Assembly: GCA_000004695.1 (NCBI GenBank)
Contig: CM000153.2
Location: 3,872,001 to 3,936,000 of the forward strand
From: Dictyostelium discoideum
Lineage: Eukaryota
Direction of reading: 5' to 3'
Length of the DNA stretch: 64,000 bases
The translations under genes and the position numbers were made by a program. Shown here piece by piece: positions 32,475 to 44,754 of the stretch. Within the stretch, counting starts at the first letter, position 1. Each line of letters begins with the position of its first letter. The notes under the pieces were generated by a model. The model had not been told where the DNA came from. It did no database searches and saw only the letters and a program-made list of their open reading frames with translations.

Positions 32475-33183
32475 CTAAATTCCTACTTCAGCTCCTGATG
32501 ATGAAGAAGATGAGGATGATGAAGAGGATGAAGAGGATGATGAAGATGATGAGGAAGACGAAGATGAAGATGATGAGGAAGACGAAGATGAAGATGAAGA
32601 GGATGAAGAAGAGGATGATGATGATGAGGATGATGATGAGGATGATGATGAGGATGATGATGAGGATGATGATGAGGATGATGATGAGGATGATGATGAT
32701 GAAGAGGAGGATGAGGATGATGAAGATGAAGAAGAAGAGGATGAGGATGATGAAGATGAAGAAGAAGAGGATGAGGATGATGAAGAAGAAGAAGATGAGG
32801 AAGAAGAAGAAGATGAGGAAGAAGAAGATGATGATGATGAAGAAGAGGATGAAGAAGAAGAAGATGATGATGATGAGGAAGATGATGAACTATAAGAAAG
32901 CAAGTTTCTTGAAGTTTCAATAACCAAAGAAAATCCTCCTATTTTATTTTCTAATAAATCATTTCCATTTAAATTTTTTCTTAAAAATAAAAAAAAAAAA
33001 ATTAGTATTTACTGGATTTATTTATTCTAGGAAAAAAAAAAAAAAAAAAACCTACTTTAAAGAGTATAAATTTATTTTTGGTTCTTGATTTGTTATATTG
33101 ACGCTTTTTCTATGAGGGTTAATAAACATCGGAATTGTTATTAACAAACATGCAAAAATTATGAAAAACCATTTATAATTCAT
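32475..33183 (-). CDS. Candidate secreted poly-serine protein: exon 1 33056..33183 (signal peptide) and exon 2 32475..32889 (~135 consecutive Ser), 166-bp intron; ~180 aa
   Basis: ATG at 33183-33181 encodes MNYKWFFIIFACLLITIPMFINPHRKSVNITNQEPKINLYSL. Donor AA|GTAGGT at 33055-33050 (phase 2) and acceptor TTCTTATAG at 32891-32890 join in frame to TCA/TCT/TCC Ser codons and the C-terminus GAEVGI-stop. The poly-Ser ORF has no ATG of its own. The opposite strand reads the same tract as poly-Asp/Glu (see finding). Confidence 0.4.
32495..32890. repeat. Imperfect (GAT/GAA/GAG)n trinucleotide tract of ~400 bp (Asp/Glu on the plus strand, Ser on the minus strand)
   Basis: Read directly: gatgatgaagaagatgaggatgatgaagagg... 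with internal higher-order (GATGATGAGGAT)n blocks. Confidence 0.9.
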
Positions 33184-34523
33184 TTTATGATAATTTATTA
33201 TTATATGTATTATTATATAATTATTTATTAATTTTTTAAAAATTATTTTTTTGTTATAAAAATTGATGTTGCTTATAATACAATTATTATTTATTATTAT
33301 TAGTTTATTGTTTTTTTAATTATTTTTTATAGAAAAAAAAACTATTTAAAATTTTTATGTTTATAAAAAAAATATTTTTAATTTTTGGAAAAATAAAAAA
33401 AAAGATATTTTGAGAAATGAATAAAAAATAAAGAAAAAAAAAAGATGTCTGAGGAGACTTTGAATACCAAGTGGAAAATAAAAAAAATAAAAATAAAAAT
33501 AAAAAAAAATAAAATTTTAACGATATTACTTTATGATAAAAAATAATTATTTAATTTTTTTTTATTTTTATTTTTATTTTTTTTTTTAATTATTATTTTA
33601 TTTTTATTTTTTTGCAGTTAAGATGTAGAAAATTAAAAAAAAAAAAAAAAAATTAAATAAATAAAAAAAAAAAAATTAAAAAAGGGGTATTATATTTAAT
33701 TTAATTAAAAAAAAAAAAATCAAAAAAAAAAAAAAAAAAAAAAAAATTAAAATTAAATAATGTTTAGAAAAACAATAAAAAAAAAAAAAAAAAAAAAATG
33801 AAAATAATATATGAATAAATTAATTAAAACAATAAAAAAAAAAAAAAGAAAAAAAATGTTCACATATAAAGTAAAATTGATTATTATTAACTTATTTTTA
33901 TATTAATGTGTAAAAATTATTAAAATACCACTATATTGAATCGATTTTAAAAAAAATAAAAAAATTAAAAAAAAAAATTATTATTCCCAAAAAAAAACTA
34001 ATAGATTATTCTTTTGAACAGCAACACCAATGTTGTTTGTCTTTTTTTTTTTCTTTTTTTATTAATTACCAAATTATTATATTTATCTGTTTTGACATTT
34101 TTGGTTGCCTTGTAATTAAAAAGAGTATTTTTTCAGGTTGGGGGGTTTGTTTCCCACAAAATAAAAAATTTTAAAAAAAAAATAATAAAAATAAAAAAAA
34201 TAAATAAAGCAAATAAATAATTTGGTTTTGTATTTATTTGAATTAAAATTTTTAAAAATAAAATTATAGTAATAATTTAAATATTTTTTAAAAATGACGA
34301 TTGTTTTTAATAGAAAATAAAATTAATATTAAAAAAATAAAAATAAATTAGTAAAGTAGTAAAAAAATAAAAATAAATTAGTAAAGTAGTAAAAAAATAA
34401 TCGATTAGATTTTTTGTAATAAATATATTTTTTTTATTTTTTATTTTTTCTTTTTTTTAAAAAATAAATAATTTAAAAATTATTTCTTTTTTTTAAAAAA
34501 AATAAATAATTTAAATATTATTT

Positions 34524-35127
34524 TTAATTATTTTTTTTAATTTCTAAGTTAATTCTTGATTGAATAAAATTAAAACCATCACTTAAAATTGAAAGTATGG
34601 AATTCTTTTTTGTAGTAGTAGTAGAGGTATTTTTCGAATTTAAAAAATAATGAATCAAAGTATCAGGTAAAACTGCAACTAACCAACCTAAGATCCAACC
34701 ACCAATTGTTAAAAATTCTCTCCAATATATACCAAAGATTTCACCACCAGCAAAACGGCATTTCATAGAATTTAAATCTTCATTTAATAAAATTCCACCA
34801 TAACCTAATACCAATGAATGATATAGCATACCAATTGTAAATACTTGAACAAATAATCTTAAACGATTCTTTAAAGTTGATAATCTAATATTACCATAAT
34901 GTTCGATTGGTAATGATGTTGAACTCTTAAAATGTGCATGGAATCTATGATTAAAAAGCATATAATAAAAAGGAATTATTAACATAGCATAATGATGAAG
35001 ATAGAAAACCATTGGTTCCCATGAATAATAAAACCAACTATCATCTGGTACTGCTAATACACCAACCAATCTAATAATAATAAAAATTATAATAAAAAAT
35101 AAAATTTAATTAATATTATTTATTATA

Positions 35128-35180
<53 letters not shown>

Positions 35181-35663
35181 TACGGCATCCATAAATTATA
35201 AAAATATAAATAAAATATATTTGAATCGCTCTTTTTATTTGAAATTATATAAATTAATAATGCTGATAAAACATGACATGGTTGAAGCTAAAAAAAAAAA
35301 AATAAAAAAAAAAAATAATAAATATTAGTAAAAATTTTGTTTAAAAAAAATAATAAATAAAACCAATTTATAACTTACCAACCAAATTGGTACTCCTTTA
35401 ACAAAACGGAGAACTATATTTATTAAAGTTACTGTGACCATTATACCCAGAAATAAAATTTCAAATGGTTTTAATTTATATGTGTGTGGGTTTGAGTTTG
35501 ATTTTTTATTAATATTGTTTTGTTGTTGTTTTTCTTGAAGTTTGATAGGATCACTACGATTCATTAAATGTAATAGTGTTCCCCATATTATTGAATGAAA
35601 TGTGAAAACTACAAAATCATGTCCTTCACTTAATTTAAAACAAGTATCAACAAAATTTGACAT
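34524..35663 (-). CDS. Multi-pass integral membrane protein of unassigned family; 3 exons 35379..35663, 35184..35287, 34524..35070; 311 aa
   Basis: ATG at 35663. Donors GTAAGT at 35378-35373 and GTAAGT at 35183-35178. Acceptors TTTTAG at 35289-35288 and TATTAG at 35072-35071. Phases 0 and 2 join to ..GVPIWL|LQPCHVLSALLIYIIS..NLWMP|LVGVLAVPDDSWFYYSWEPMVFYLHHYAMLIIPFYYM.. with at least six predicted TM helices. Confidence 0.6.
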
Positions 35664-35758
35664 TAATAAAAAATTTAAAGGAACCTTTTAAAATATTTAT
35701 TTATTTAAAGGAATAATATATATTGAATGAAAAAAATAAATAAAATGGACTGTGGAAT

Positions 35759-35793
<35 letters not shown>

Positions 35794-35817
35794 TGTGTTT
35801 TATATTGCAATTTTGAC

Positions 35818-35849
<32 letters not shown>

Positions 35850-36513
35850 ACAGGTGGTAAAATGTATATTATTAAATATTTGTATTATTCTTTATTTTTT
35901 TATTTATTTTTATTTTTAATTTTGTTTTTATTTATTTTAAAACTATTTATAGAACAAAAGATTGGTTAATTTTATGTAATGTTATCTATATGGTTGGAAT
36001 TGAAATTTTGTTTTTTTTTTTTTTTCGTTAATTTAATTAAATTTATTAACTCAAAAAAATAAATAAAAAAAAAAAAAAAACAAAAAGAAAAAAAGAAAAA
36101 AAGAAAAAAAAATAAAAAATAAAAAAAAAAAAAAAAATAAAATAAAAAAAAAAAAAAACAAAAGAATCTCGTTGGGCATGTGATCATTACCACAGTCAAA
36201 CGTCATTTTTTTCTTTTTTGCGAATTTGCATTACTATTTGTGTTTTTTTTTTTTTTTTTTTTATCTTCTTTTTATTTTTTCTTTTTTTTAAATTATTGTT
36301 TTTTTTTTAATTAAATGAGATTTAATCAGTTGACCATGATTTTTTTATTTAATTTTACAATATGGTTTATTATTTTTTATTTTTTCATTTAATATTACGT
36401 TCACATCAAAAAAAAAAAAAATAAAAAAATAAAAAAAATAAAAATAAAATAAAAATTATTTAATAATTTTTTGAAAAAAAAAAAAAAAAAAAAATTTTAT
36501 TTTAATTTTTTGA

Positions 36514-37947
36514 TTATAGATTATTAATTCTATTATTAGAAATTATTGATAATAATTTTCTTTCCCATTTATCATATCTCTCTTCAGAATTTCTAATATA
36601 ACTTTTAAATGAACTGCATGCAGGTTTTAAAATTTTTAAATTATAGGTATGAGAATTTGAATTTGGTAATTTGAATAAATCTTCATCATTATCACTACCA
36701 CCTAATTGTTGTTGAGATTTATAATATTGTGTTATACAATCTTTGCAAAAGTTTTTAGTTTTATTTATTTCATATTCAAAAAATAAAGGATCTTTTAAAA
36801 CGTTATTACAAATACCACAAAGTATACCTATTGATAGAAATTCACCAATTTTGAAATTATTAAAATTTTTAGAAATTTGGTCAACCAATATTGTATTGTT
36901 TCCAAATGATTGAAGCATATTTTCAACATCCAATTTAATTAATTTCAAAGTTTCCAAAGAGTTGATAAGGTCAAGTTCCTTCTCAATAAAGAATTTATTA
37001 CCTAATGCTTCAACAACGATTCCACTAACAAATGAAAATGAACCACCAGCGATCATGAAAATTGAAGCCAATGCAGAGAATAATGAAATTCCTGCAGTAA
37101 ATGGAGCAAAAACTGCACCAATTATAACAGTTGCACAACCAATTATTAAAAAAAAGATACCACCAAAATTTAAAACTATTTTCTTTAAATTGTTTTTATC
37201 AATTAGTTTTTTAATACTTGGAGCTTGAATACTTTTACTTTGTAATATACATTTGGTTAGATTTTGAATATGTTCATTTGAGAATTGATTTTGGTTTTTT
37301 AATAATAATGGTGTATTACAAGTGGCACTCTCTGGTAATATTGATTTCTGAGAGAGAACACCTCTTTTACATTCATTGATACTTTTATCAATATCTTCAA
37401 TTAATTCATTAGCTAATAGCATCAATTGACAGTGAGTTTTCTCCAAATCATAAACATCAGATTTAATCTCTAAATTTAAATTTTCATGGTGAGTGTCAAG
37501 TGAAATTTCAGTTGCATCTTTATTAAACTTTGAAACCAATTTAAAAAATTTAATAAATAATTCAACAAGAGTTTGTATTTTTTTTATATAAGGTTTTAAA
37601 ACTGATTTCTTTGATAGTGATGTGAATAATAACACTCTACCAAACTCTGTTGGAACAAATACCCCGAATTTTCTAGCAGCTTCTCTCTTTTTTTTTTTTT
37701 TTAAAAAAAATCAATTAGTAAATAAAAAAAAAAATAAAAAAAAAAAATAAAAAAAAAAAAACAATTGGATTGTTTAGATTTTATTTATTTTTTTTCCATC
37801 ACTAATTATTAAAAAGAAATTACATACAATGATATCATTATCAGATTCAGCAAGTTCTTTAATATTTTTCATTAATTCACCAACAACATTTGGTTCTGGT
37901 AATTGATCATATTTAACTTTTTCACCTTTTAAAAAATCCAAAACCAT
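36514..37947 (-). CDS. Hypothetical 430-aa protein with a central glycine-zipper hydrophobic hairpin and a C-terminal Cys cluster; exons 37828..37947 and 36514..37686, 141-bp intron
   Basis: ATG at 37947 (MVLDFLKGEKVKYDQLPEPNVVGELMKNIKELAESDNDII). Donor ATT|GTATGT at 37827. Acceptor AAAAAG at 37688-37687, in frame to REAARKFGVFVPTEFGRVLLFTSL.. (the track ORF starts at an internal GTG). Hairpin FGGIFFLIIGCATVIIGAVFAPFTAGISLFSALASIFMIAGGSFSFVSGIVVEAL. CGICNN..CKDC near the C-terminus. Confidence 0.6.
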
Positions 37948-38287
37948 TTTAATAATTTATAAAATTATTTTTTATACAAAATAAATATTATCAAAACAAT
38001 AATAAATTAATTTTTAACTATTTACAAAAAATATTTGTTCAAATAGTTCATTTTTATTGTTTGTTTTTTTGGTTTATTATTAATTTAATTTTTTTTAAAA
38101 TTTTAAGTTGTTTTGATAAATGTATTAAATTAACTTTTTTTTTTTTTTTTTTCAAAAAATTGAGATATATTTAAATTTTATTATTTTTGTAATTCAATTT
38201 CACCGTTGCAAAGAATAATTACATTCATTTTTTGTAAAATATTCCAAAATTTCATTTTTATTTTTTTGAGTTATTTATCTTTGGTAA

Positions 38288-38427
<140 letters not shown>

Positions 38428-39399
38428 CTTTATGATTTATTTATATATTTATTTACTTATTGTCATTTTATTTATTTATTTTTTTATTTATTTTAAAAAT
38501 TCAAAAAAAATTATATATAGAATGAATTCCAAATGAAAGAGAATGATCATATTAAAGGACCTTTTTCAAAAAAAAAAAAAACACCCCCAAACTCACATTA
38601 TTTTTAAAAAAATAATTTATAAAATAATAAAAGTGAATGATATACGCAATTTATGAATAAATATTTAAATTTTAATAAAAAAAAATATGTTAATTGAAAA
38701 TTAAATAATCAAAAATAACAGTCAATGATTCATTTGTAGTTTGACAAATCTTATTGTTTTATTAAACATTTGAAAATCATATTAACATTGATCACACATT
38801 TTTTTATTAATGGATTATACATATACCACAAAAAATGAAGTGTTTAAAAATAGAACAAAAATAAAAAAATAAAAAAAGTGTGAAAAAAAAAAATAAAGTG
38901 TGTGAGAAAAAAAAAAAAAAAAAAAAAATTAAACAAAACAAGATGGGGTTCAGTTTTTGATATATCAAATATCTCATCTAGCTGAGGAGAGAAAAAAAAA
39001 CTGTTGAAAGTGTGTTTAATAACATTTTTTTTTTTTTTTTTTATTATTATTTTATTATTTTTTTTATTTTTATTTTTATTTTTATTTTTATTTTTTTTTT
39101 TTTTAATCCCATTTATTTTTATATTTTTTTTTTTGTTTTTTTTTAAAAACAAAAAAAAAATAATAATATATTTAGAATATTATCTGCCTCAAATCAAAAA
39201 TATAATATAATAAATATAAACTACCCATTAAACACAATCTTTTATTTCCAAATACATTTTTTATATATATTATTACTTTTCAAAATATAGTTTTTTGTTT
39301 GTAATTTAATAAAAATAAAATCTTAAAACAAAAAATATTTTTATATATATTTTTCTTCATTTATTATCAGTTATAAATAAATAAAAAAAAAAAAATAAA

Positions 39400-39433
<34 letters not shown>

Positions 39434-39475
39434 ACTTAAAAAAAAAAAAAAAAAAAATCTAAATCTTAAAAAAAA

Positions 39476-42400
39476 ATGGAATCAATAATTTGTAATAGTT
39501 GTTTTGAAGTTTATGATGAAGCATATTATTTATCACCATGTGGAGATACAATATGTAAGAAATGTTTGTCACCAAATATAAGTACATTAGTTAGTAGTAT
39601 TGGTGTTGTAAATAGTTGTGGTGGTGGGGGTGCTGCTGGTAGTAGTAATGGTAATGGTACTGGTACTGGTAATAGTAATAGTAATAGTAATGGTACTGGT
39701 AATAGTACAACAACAACAACAATTGATTATTGTAATCAAATAACTTGTAAAATTTGTGATAAAAAAGTTAATAGTTATTATATAAACAAAGAGATTCAAA
39801 TTCTATTGGATAGTTTAAAAGTTAAATCATGTCCAAAACATCATAGAAAAGAAACTCAATTCTATTGTTTAGATTGTAAATCAACTTGTTGTTCAAATTG
39901 TAAATCTGATAAAGTTCATAAAAGTCATCAAATTTCAGACTATAATTTAATTTTATTTAATTCAATTTATTATAATATTGAAAAACAAATAATGAATAAA
40001 AATAAAAATCCAATAAATAATAATCCAAATAATAAATTAACACAATTATCAAATTCAACTAATAATAATAATAATAATAATTTTAATTCAATTAAAAATA
40101 ATGTTAGTATAAAATTTAAAGATCAACGTGTAAGATTACATCATACATTTTTTAATAATTGTAAAGAGATTATTCAAAATGTTAATGTAATAAAGAATAA
40201 AATTAAAGATTTAATACCAAAGAATGGTGTATATTGTAAAAGAACATTTTATTTGAAATCAATTGAATTAAATAAAAATTCAGCAATATCTTATTTCAAT
40301 TTAGCAATTACTTTAATTGATTCAACTGAACAATCTGTAACACTATTTGATAATTCAGTATTAAAAGAAGATGATCTTTATTTACGTTCACTTTCAATTG
40401 ATCCAAATAATCCATTTTGTTATTTTAATCTTGCAATTGGATTAGGTTCATCATCACCAACCACTACAACTACTACAACTACTACTACAACTACTACAAA
40501 TAATACAAATACAAATTCACCACAACAACAAATTATAATTGAAAATGGTGCAAGTCCACCAATCATATCACCATCAACATCACAATCTAGTTCATTACTA
40601 ATAAATACAGAGAATGAATCACAAACATCAACAATACTATTACCAAATGGTAAAAAAGTTAATAAAGTTGGATTATTAATTAAAGCAATAGAGGTTGACT
40701 CAAATTATTCATATGCGTATTATAATTTAGGAAAATGTTTAAAAACAAGTTCAGTTGTATTTTCAAACTCAACAATAATGAAAAAGAAAGATTTATTTAT
40801 AAAATATATTAGTTTTCATCCAAATCATGCATTTGCATATAACAATTTAGCAATTAATATTAAACCAGAAGAAACTGTTACTCTATTAAATAGTGGTAAA
40901 ATAATGACACAATCTGAACTTTATAAGAAAGCAATTGATTTAAATCCATTTTACTCAAATCCATATATAAATTTAGCATCGATAATATGCGGCAATGAAG
41001 AACCTGTTAAATTATTAAATGGTCAATTAATATCAAAAAAGGAATTACTCATTAAAGCAATTGATATAGACCCATTGAATGCAAATGCTTATAATAATTT
41101 AGCAACAAATATTGAAAAAGATGAAATTGTTACATTGGCAAGTGGTAAACAAGTGAATAAGAAATACCTATACTTGAAATCAATCGATTGTAACCCGAAT
41201 AATGCCAATGCATATAATAATTTAGCATTATTTTTAAAAACTAATGAAGATAAAATTCAATTACTTAATGGTATTTGGTTAGATAAGAAATCATTATACA
41301 TTAGATCACTATCGATTGAACCATTAAATAATTTAATGGCATATAATAATTTAGCAAATTGCTTAAAACCAAATGAAAAAATTCAATTATTAAATGGTAA
41401 TTGGATAGATAAGAAAACCCTCTACATTAAATCAATTTCAATCGATCCAACAATTCCAAGGATTTTTATAAATTTAGCTAAAAATATGAATTTCATTGAA
41501 AAGATTCAATTAGAAGATGGTACAAAATTATTAAAAAAAGATATACTCATTAAAATCGTTGATTTTGAACCAAAACAATGGATTCATTATTACAATTTAG
41601 CAAATTCTTTAAAACTTAATGAATCTGTAAAATTACAATCAATGCCTTTAATTTCAAAAATTTCAAAAAAAGAATTATATTTGAAAGCATTAGATTTAAA
41701 TCCAAATTCAGATGCAAGATTATATAATGTTTTAGCTGGTATAATTAAACCAAATGAAACTGTTAAATTATTAAATGATAAAGTAATTTACACTAAAAAA
41801 GATCTATTCTTAAAATCAATTCAATTAGAAAAAGATAATCCAAATACATATTTAAATTTATCTTTAATTTTATTACATAATGAATCTGTAACAATGTTAA
41901 ATGAATTGAATGAAAATTCTTTAAAATTAATTAAAACACCAACAAGTACTACTACAAATACTACAAGTGAATTAAAATTATCAAAAAAAGAATTACTTAT
42001 TAAAACAATTCAATTAGATCCATCAAATTCAAAAGCATATATTAATTTAGCAGATGAAATTGATTCAACTGAAATTATAACAATATTAAGAGATGTCGAT
42101 CAAAAATTAGTACCATTTACAAAGATTGATTTATATATATTTTCAATACATGTATTTGCAAAGAATGCAATTGCATATTATAATTTAGCATTAAATTTAA
42201 CAGCAACTTATAAACAATCAGTAACACTATTAAATGGTAAAACAATGACAACTAGACAACTTTTAATCAAAGCAATTTCAATAAATAATAAATTTGCCGA
42301 TGCTTATCATTTATTAGCAAAAATATTAGATCATGATGAACAAATTCAAATTTTAATTAGAAATTCCACTAGTAAACCACCAATTGGTACATTAGAATCA

Positions 42401-43180
42401 TTTGGTAAAAAAGATTTATTAATTAAAGCTATAAAGTTAAACCCAGATCCAAACTATTTCTATACATTGGGTAATTATTTCAAGAATGAGTCAATCATGG
42501 TCAATTGTAATCTATCGGAGATGTATGTGAAATATAATGGCATTAAAATGAGACCAAGGGATATTTTCATACAATCGTTCACGAGAATACCTCCATTCTT
42601 GTTGTTGCAAACCATTGATAACCCATTCCACTATTTAAATGATGTTATGGCAATTGAAATCGATTATTCAAAAAGACAACCTACAATTGACAAATTTTTA
42701 AATCTCATCGATATTAATCCAAATAATGCCAATCATTATTTCACATTAGGTTATTATTTAGCCACAAAAGAAACTATTCATTTATTAAATGGTTTTCAAA
42801 TGTGTAAAATATCACTATTCGTTAAAGCAATTGAATTGGATCCAAATCATATTCAATCTTATTTTTCACTTTATCTTTATTTACATTTAACTCGTGATCC
42901 TGATATAACTTTTGTAACTTTATCAAATGGTGAAATCATGTATAAAGAAGATATAGTTAGAAGAATTGAATCAATGGATAAAAGATTAACTGATTTAATG
43001 TTTACTGTTTCAACTGCAACTACTTCTACCACAACTAATTCAAACAACAACAACAACAATAACAACAACAACACCAATACCACTACCACTACCACTACAA
43101 CCAATGGTATAACAACAACTTCAACAAATAATGGTTCACCATCATGTTCTTCAATTTCTTCAACTTTTCCAACTTCATAA
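39476..43180 (+). CDS. RING-type zinc finger + B-box (TRIM-like N-terminus) followed by about 20 tandem ~40-aa TPR-like repeats; 1234 aa, single exon
   Basis: ATG at 39476. CNSCFEVYDEAYYLSPCGDTICKKC ... CNQITCKICDKK RING-like Cys ligands split by a Gly/Ser/Asn/Thr insert. B-box CPKHHRKETQFYCLDCKSTCCSNCKSDKVHKSH. Then repeated units of the form KKELLIKAIDIDPLNANAYNNLATNIEKDEIVTLASGKQVN (consensus ..LYIKSIxIDPxNAxAYNNLAxxLKxNExIxLLNGxxxxKK). Confidence 0.8.
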   Translation: MESIICNSCFEVYDEAYYLSPCGDTICKKCLSPNISTLVSSIGVVNSCGGGGAAGSSNGNGTGTGNSNSNSNGTGNSTTTTTIDYCNQITCKICDKKVNSYYINKEIQILLDSLKVKSCPKHHRKETQFYCLDCKSTCCSNCKSDKVHKSHQISDYNLILFNSIYYNIEKQIMNKNKNPINNNPNNKLTQLSNSTNNNNNNNFNSIKNNVSIKFKDQRVRLHHTFFNNCKEIIQNVNVIKNKIKDLIPKNGVYCKRTFYLKSIELNKNSAISYFNLAITLIDSTEQSVTLFDNSVLKEDDLYLRSLSIDPNNPFCYFNLAIGLGSSSPTTTTTTTTTTTTTNNTNTNSPQQQIIIENGASPPIISPSTSQSSSLLINTENESQTSTILLPNGKKVNKVGLLIKAIEVDSNYSYAYYNLGKCLKTSSVVFSNSTIMKKKDLFIKYISFHPNHAFAYNNLAINIKPEETVTLLNSGKIMTQSELYKKAIDLNPFYSNPYINLASIICGNEEPVKLLNGQLISKKELLIKAIDIDPLNANAYNNLATNIEKDEIVTLASGKQVNKKYLYLKSIDCNPNNANAYNNLALFLKTNEDKIQLLNGIWLDKKSLYIRSLSIEPLNNLMAYNNLANCLKPNEKIQLLNGNWIDKKTLYIKSISIDPTIPRIFINLAKNMNFIEKIQLEDGTKLLKKDILIKIVDFEPKQWIHYYNLANSLKLNESVKLQSMPLISKISKKELYLKALDLNPNSDARLYNVLAGIIKPNETVKLLNDKVIYTKKDLFLKSIQLEKDNPNTYLNLSLILLHNESVTMLNELNENSLKLIKTPTSTTTNTTSELKLSKKELLIKTIQLDPSNSKAYINLADEIDSTEIITILRDVDQKLVPFTKIDLYIFSIHVFAKNAIAYYNLALNLTATYKQSVTLLNGKTMTTRQLLIKAISINNKFADAYHLLAKILDHDEQIQILIRNSTSKPPIGTLESFGKKDLLIKAIKLNPDPNYFYTLGNYFKNESIMVNCNLSEMYVKYNGIKMRPRDIFIQSFTRIPPFLLLQTIDNPFHYLNDVMAIEIDYSKRQPTIDKFLNLIDINPNNANHYFTLGYYLATKETIHLLNGFQMCKISLFVKAIELDPNHIQSYFSLYLYLHLTRDPDITFVTLSNGEIMYKEDIVRRIESMDKRLTDLMFTVSTATTSTTTNSNNNNNNNNNNTNTTTTTTTTNGITTTSTNNGSPSCSSISSTFPTS

Positions 43181-43271
43181 TTAAACCAAATTAAATAAAT
43201 AAAATAAACTAAATTTTTAAAAAAATACATTTTCTTTTTTTTTTTTTATTTTATTTATTTATTTATTTATT

Positions 43272-44373
43272 TTATAAAAATTTTAAATCAGCAACAATTG
43301 GAAAATGATCACTTGCAATTGTTGAATTTTTAGTAACTTTTGATGGATGATTATTAAATACTACAAATGTTTTTGCTTTAAATTGTTGATTTATAAAGAT
43401 ATAATCAATAGTTTCAGAATAGGCACAATCGAAACCAGTGAATGTTGAATCTGGTCCAATTTTACAATTTGCTATTGTTTTTGTATTGAATAATGTTTGA
43501 AATGCAATATCATCACGAATTGGAATCTCTAATAATTGAATATACTTTATTGCGAAATTGATATCAATAGTTGATGAAATTAAATTTTCAATTGGTTTTT
43601 GGTAATCGTTGGAATTGAAATCACCCACTAGTATCAATGGTATTTGAGGTTTTAATGTTGCTATGAAACTTTTAATTAACATTGTACCTTCACTTCTTGC
43701 CAATTCAGATTGATGATCTAAATGAGTATTTAAAAAGTAAAAACTTTTATTGGTCTTTTTTTGTTTAAATAATCCCCATGTCACTATACGTGTACATGCT
43801 GTATTCCAACTTTTACTTCCTACTTTATATGGTGTTTCACTAACCCAAAATTGATGTGAATGAACTAATTCTATCTTTTTTGTATTATAAAAAATTGGTG
43901 AAAATTCTCCTTTTTCATTTCCGTCACTTTATTTTTAAAAAAAAAAAAATAAAAAAAAAATAAATAAAAAAAACTAATTAATATATGTATTTTTTTTTTT
44001 TTTTTTTTTCAATAATATTATTAATACAATTTTTGTTACATACTCTCTACCAACACCAATAAAATCATAACTCATTTCATAATTGTTATTTAAATTTTCT
44101 TTGATATCTTTAATTTGGTGAAATAAACATTCTTGAAATCCAATAATATCAGCTGATATTAATTTTATTTTTATTTATTTTTATTTAATTTAATTAAATT
44201 AAAATTAAAATTAGTAATTGAAAAATTAAAATAAAATGATAATAGTAATAATTACCTTTTAAAAAAGAAATATTTGAAAAAACTAACATTTTTCTATGAA
44301 CCCAAGAGTTTTGTTTATCACTTGGGTTATCAAATCTAATATTGTATGAAACTGCTCTTAATTCATTTTTCAT
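43272..44373 (-). CDS. Endonuclease/exonuclease/phosphatase (EEP) family protein; 3 exons 44256..44373, 44044..44152, 43272..43926; 293 aa
   Basis: ATG at 44373 (MKNELRAVSYNIRFDNP..). Donors G|GTAATT at 44255 and GA|GTATGT at 44043. Acceptors TATCAG at 44154-44153 and AATAAAG at 43928-43927. Join gives ..FIGVGRE|DDGNEKGEFSPIFYN.. and the C-terminal SDHFPI motif typical of EEP enzymes. Confidence 0.75.
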
Positions 44374-44754
44374 TTTTGATTTTTTTTTTTGAGTTTTATT
44401 AATAAAATTAAAAATATGTTGATGGGTGTGTGAATGTATGTTTAAGATCTAATTTTTTTTTTTTTTTTTTTTTTTATTATTAAAAAAAATTAATTAATAT
44501 TTTTAGGAAAAAAAATAAAATAAAATAAAATAAAATAAAATAAAATAAAATAAAAATTATTATTAAAATAAAAAATGAAAATTGAAAAAAAAAAAAAAAA
44601 AAAAAAAATAAAAAAAATTTTATTATTTCAAAAACATTCCTTGAATTGTGTGTGTATGCGCGCGAATATCTTTGTATATTCATAGGATTTACTAAGATTA
44701 GATTCAAAAGAAGAAAAAAAAAAACAAACAATAATAATTATAAAACCAAAAGAA

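Noticed and set aside
32498-32923. Plus-strand ORF MMKKMRMMKR... (141 aa) and minus-strand His/Pro/Leu-rich ORF over the (GAW)n tract
   Set aside because: These are alternative frames of a trinucleotide repeat with Lys/Met/Arg or His/Leu/Pro composition and no domain logic. Only the Ser (minus) or Asp/Glu (plus) frames are plausible.
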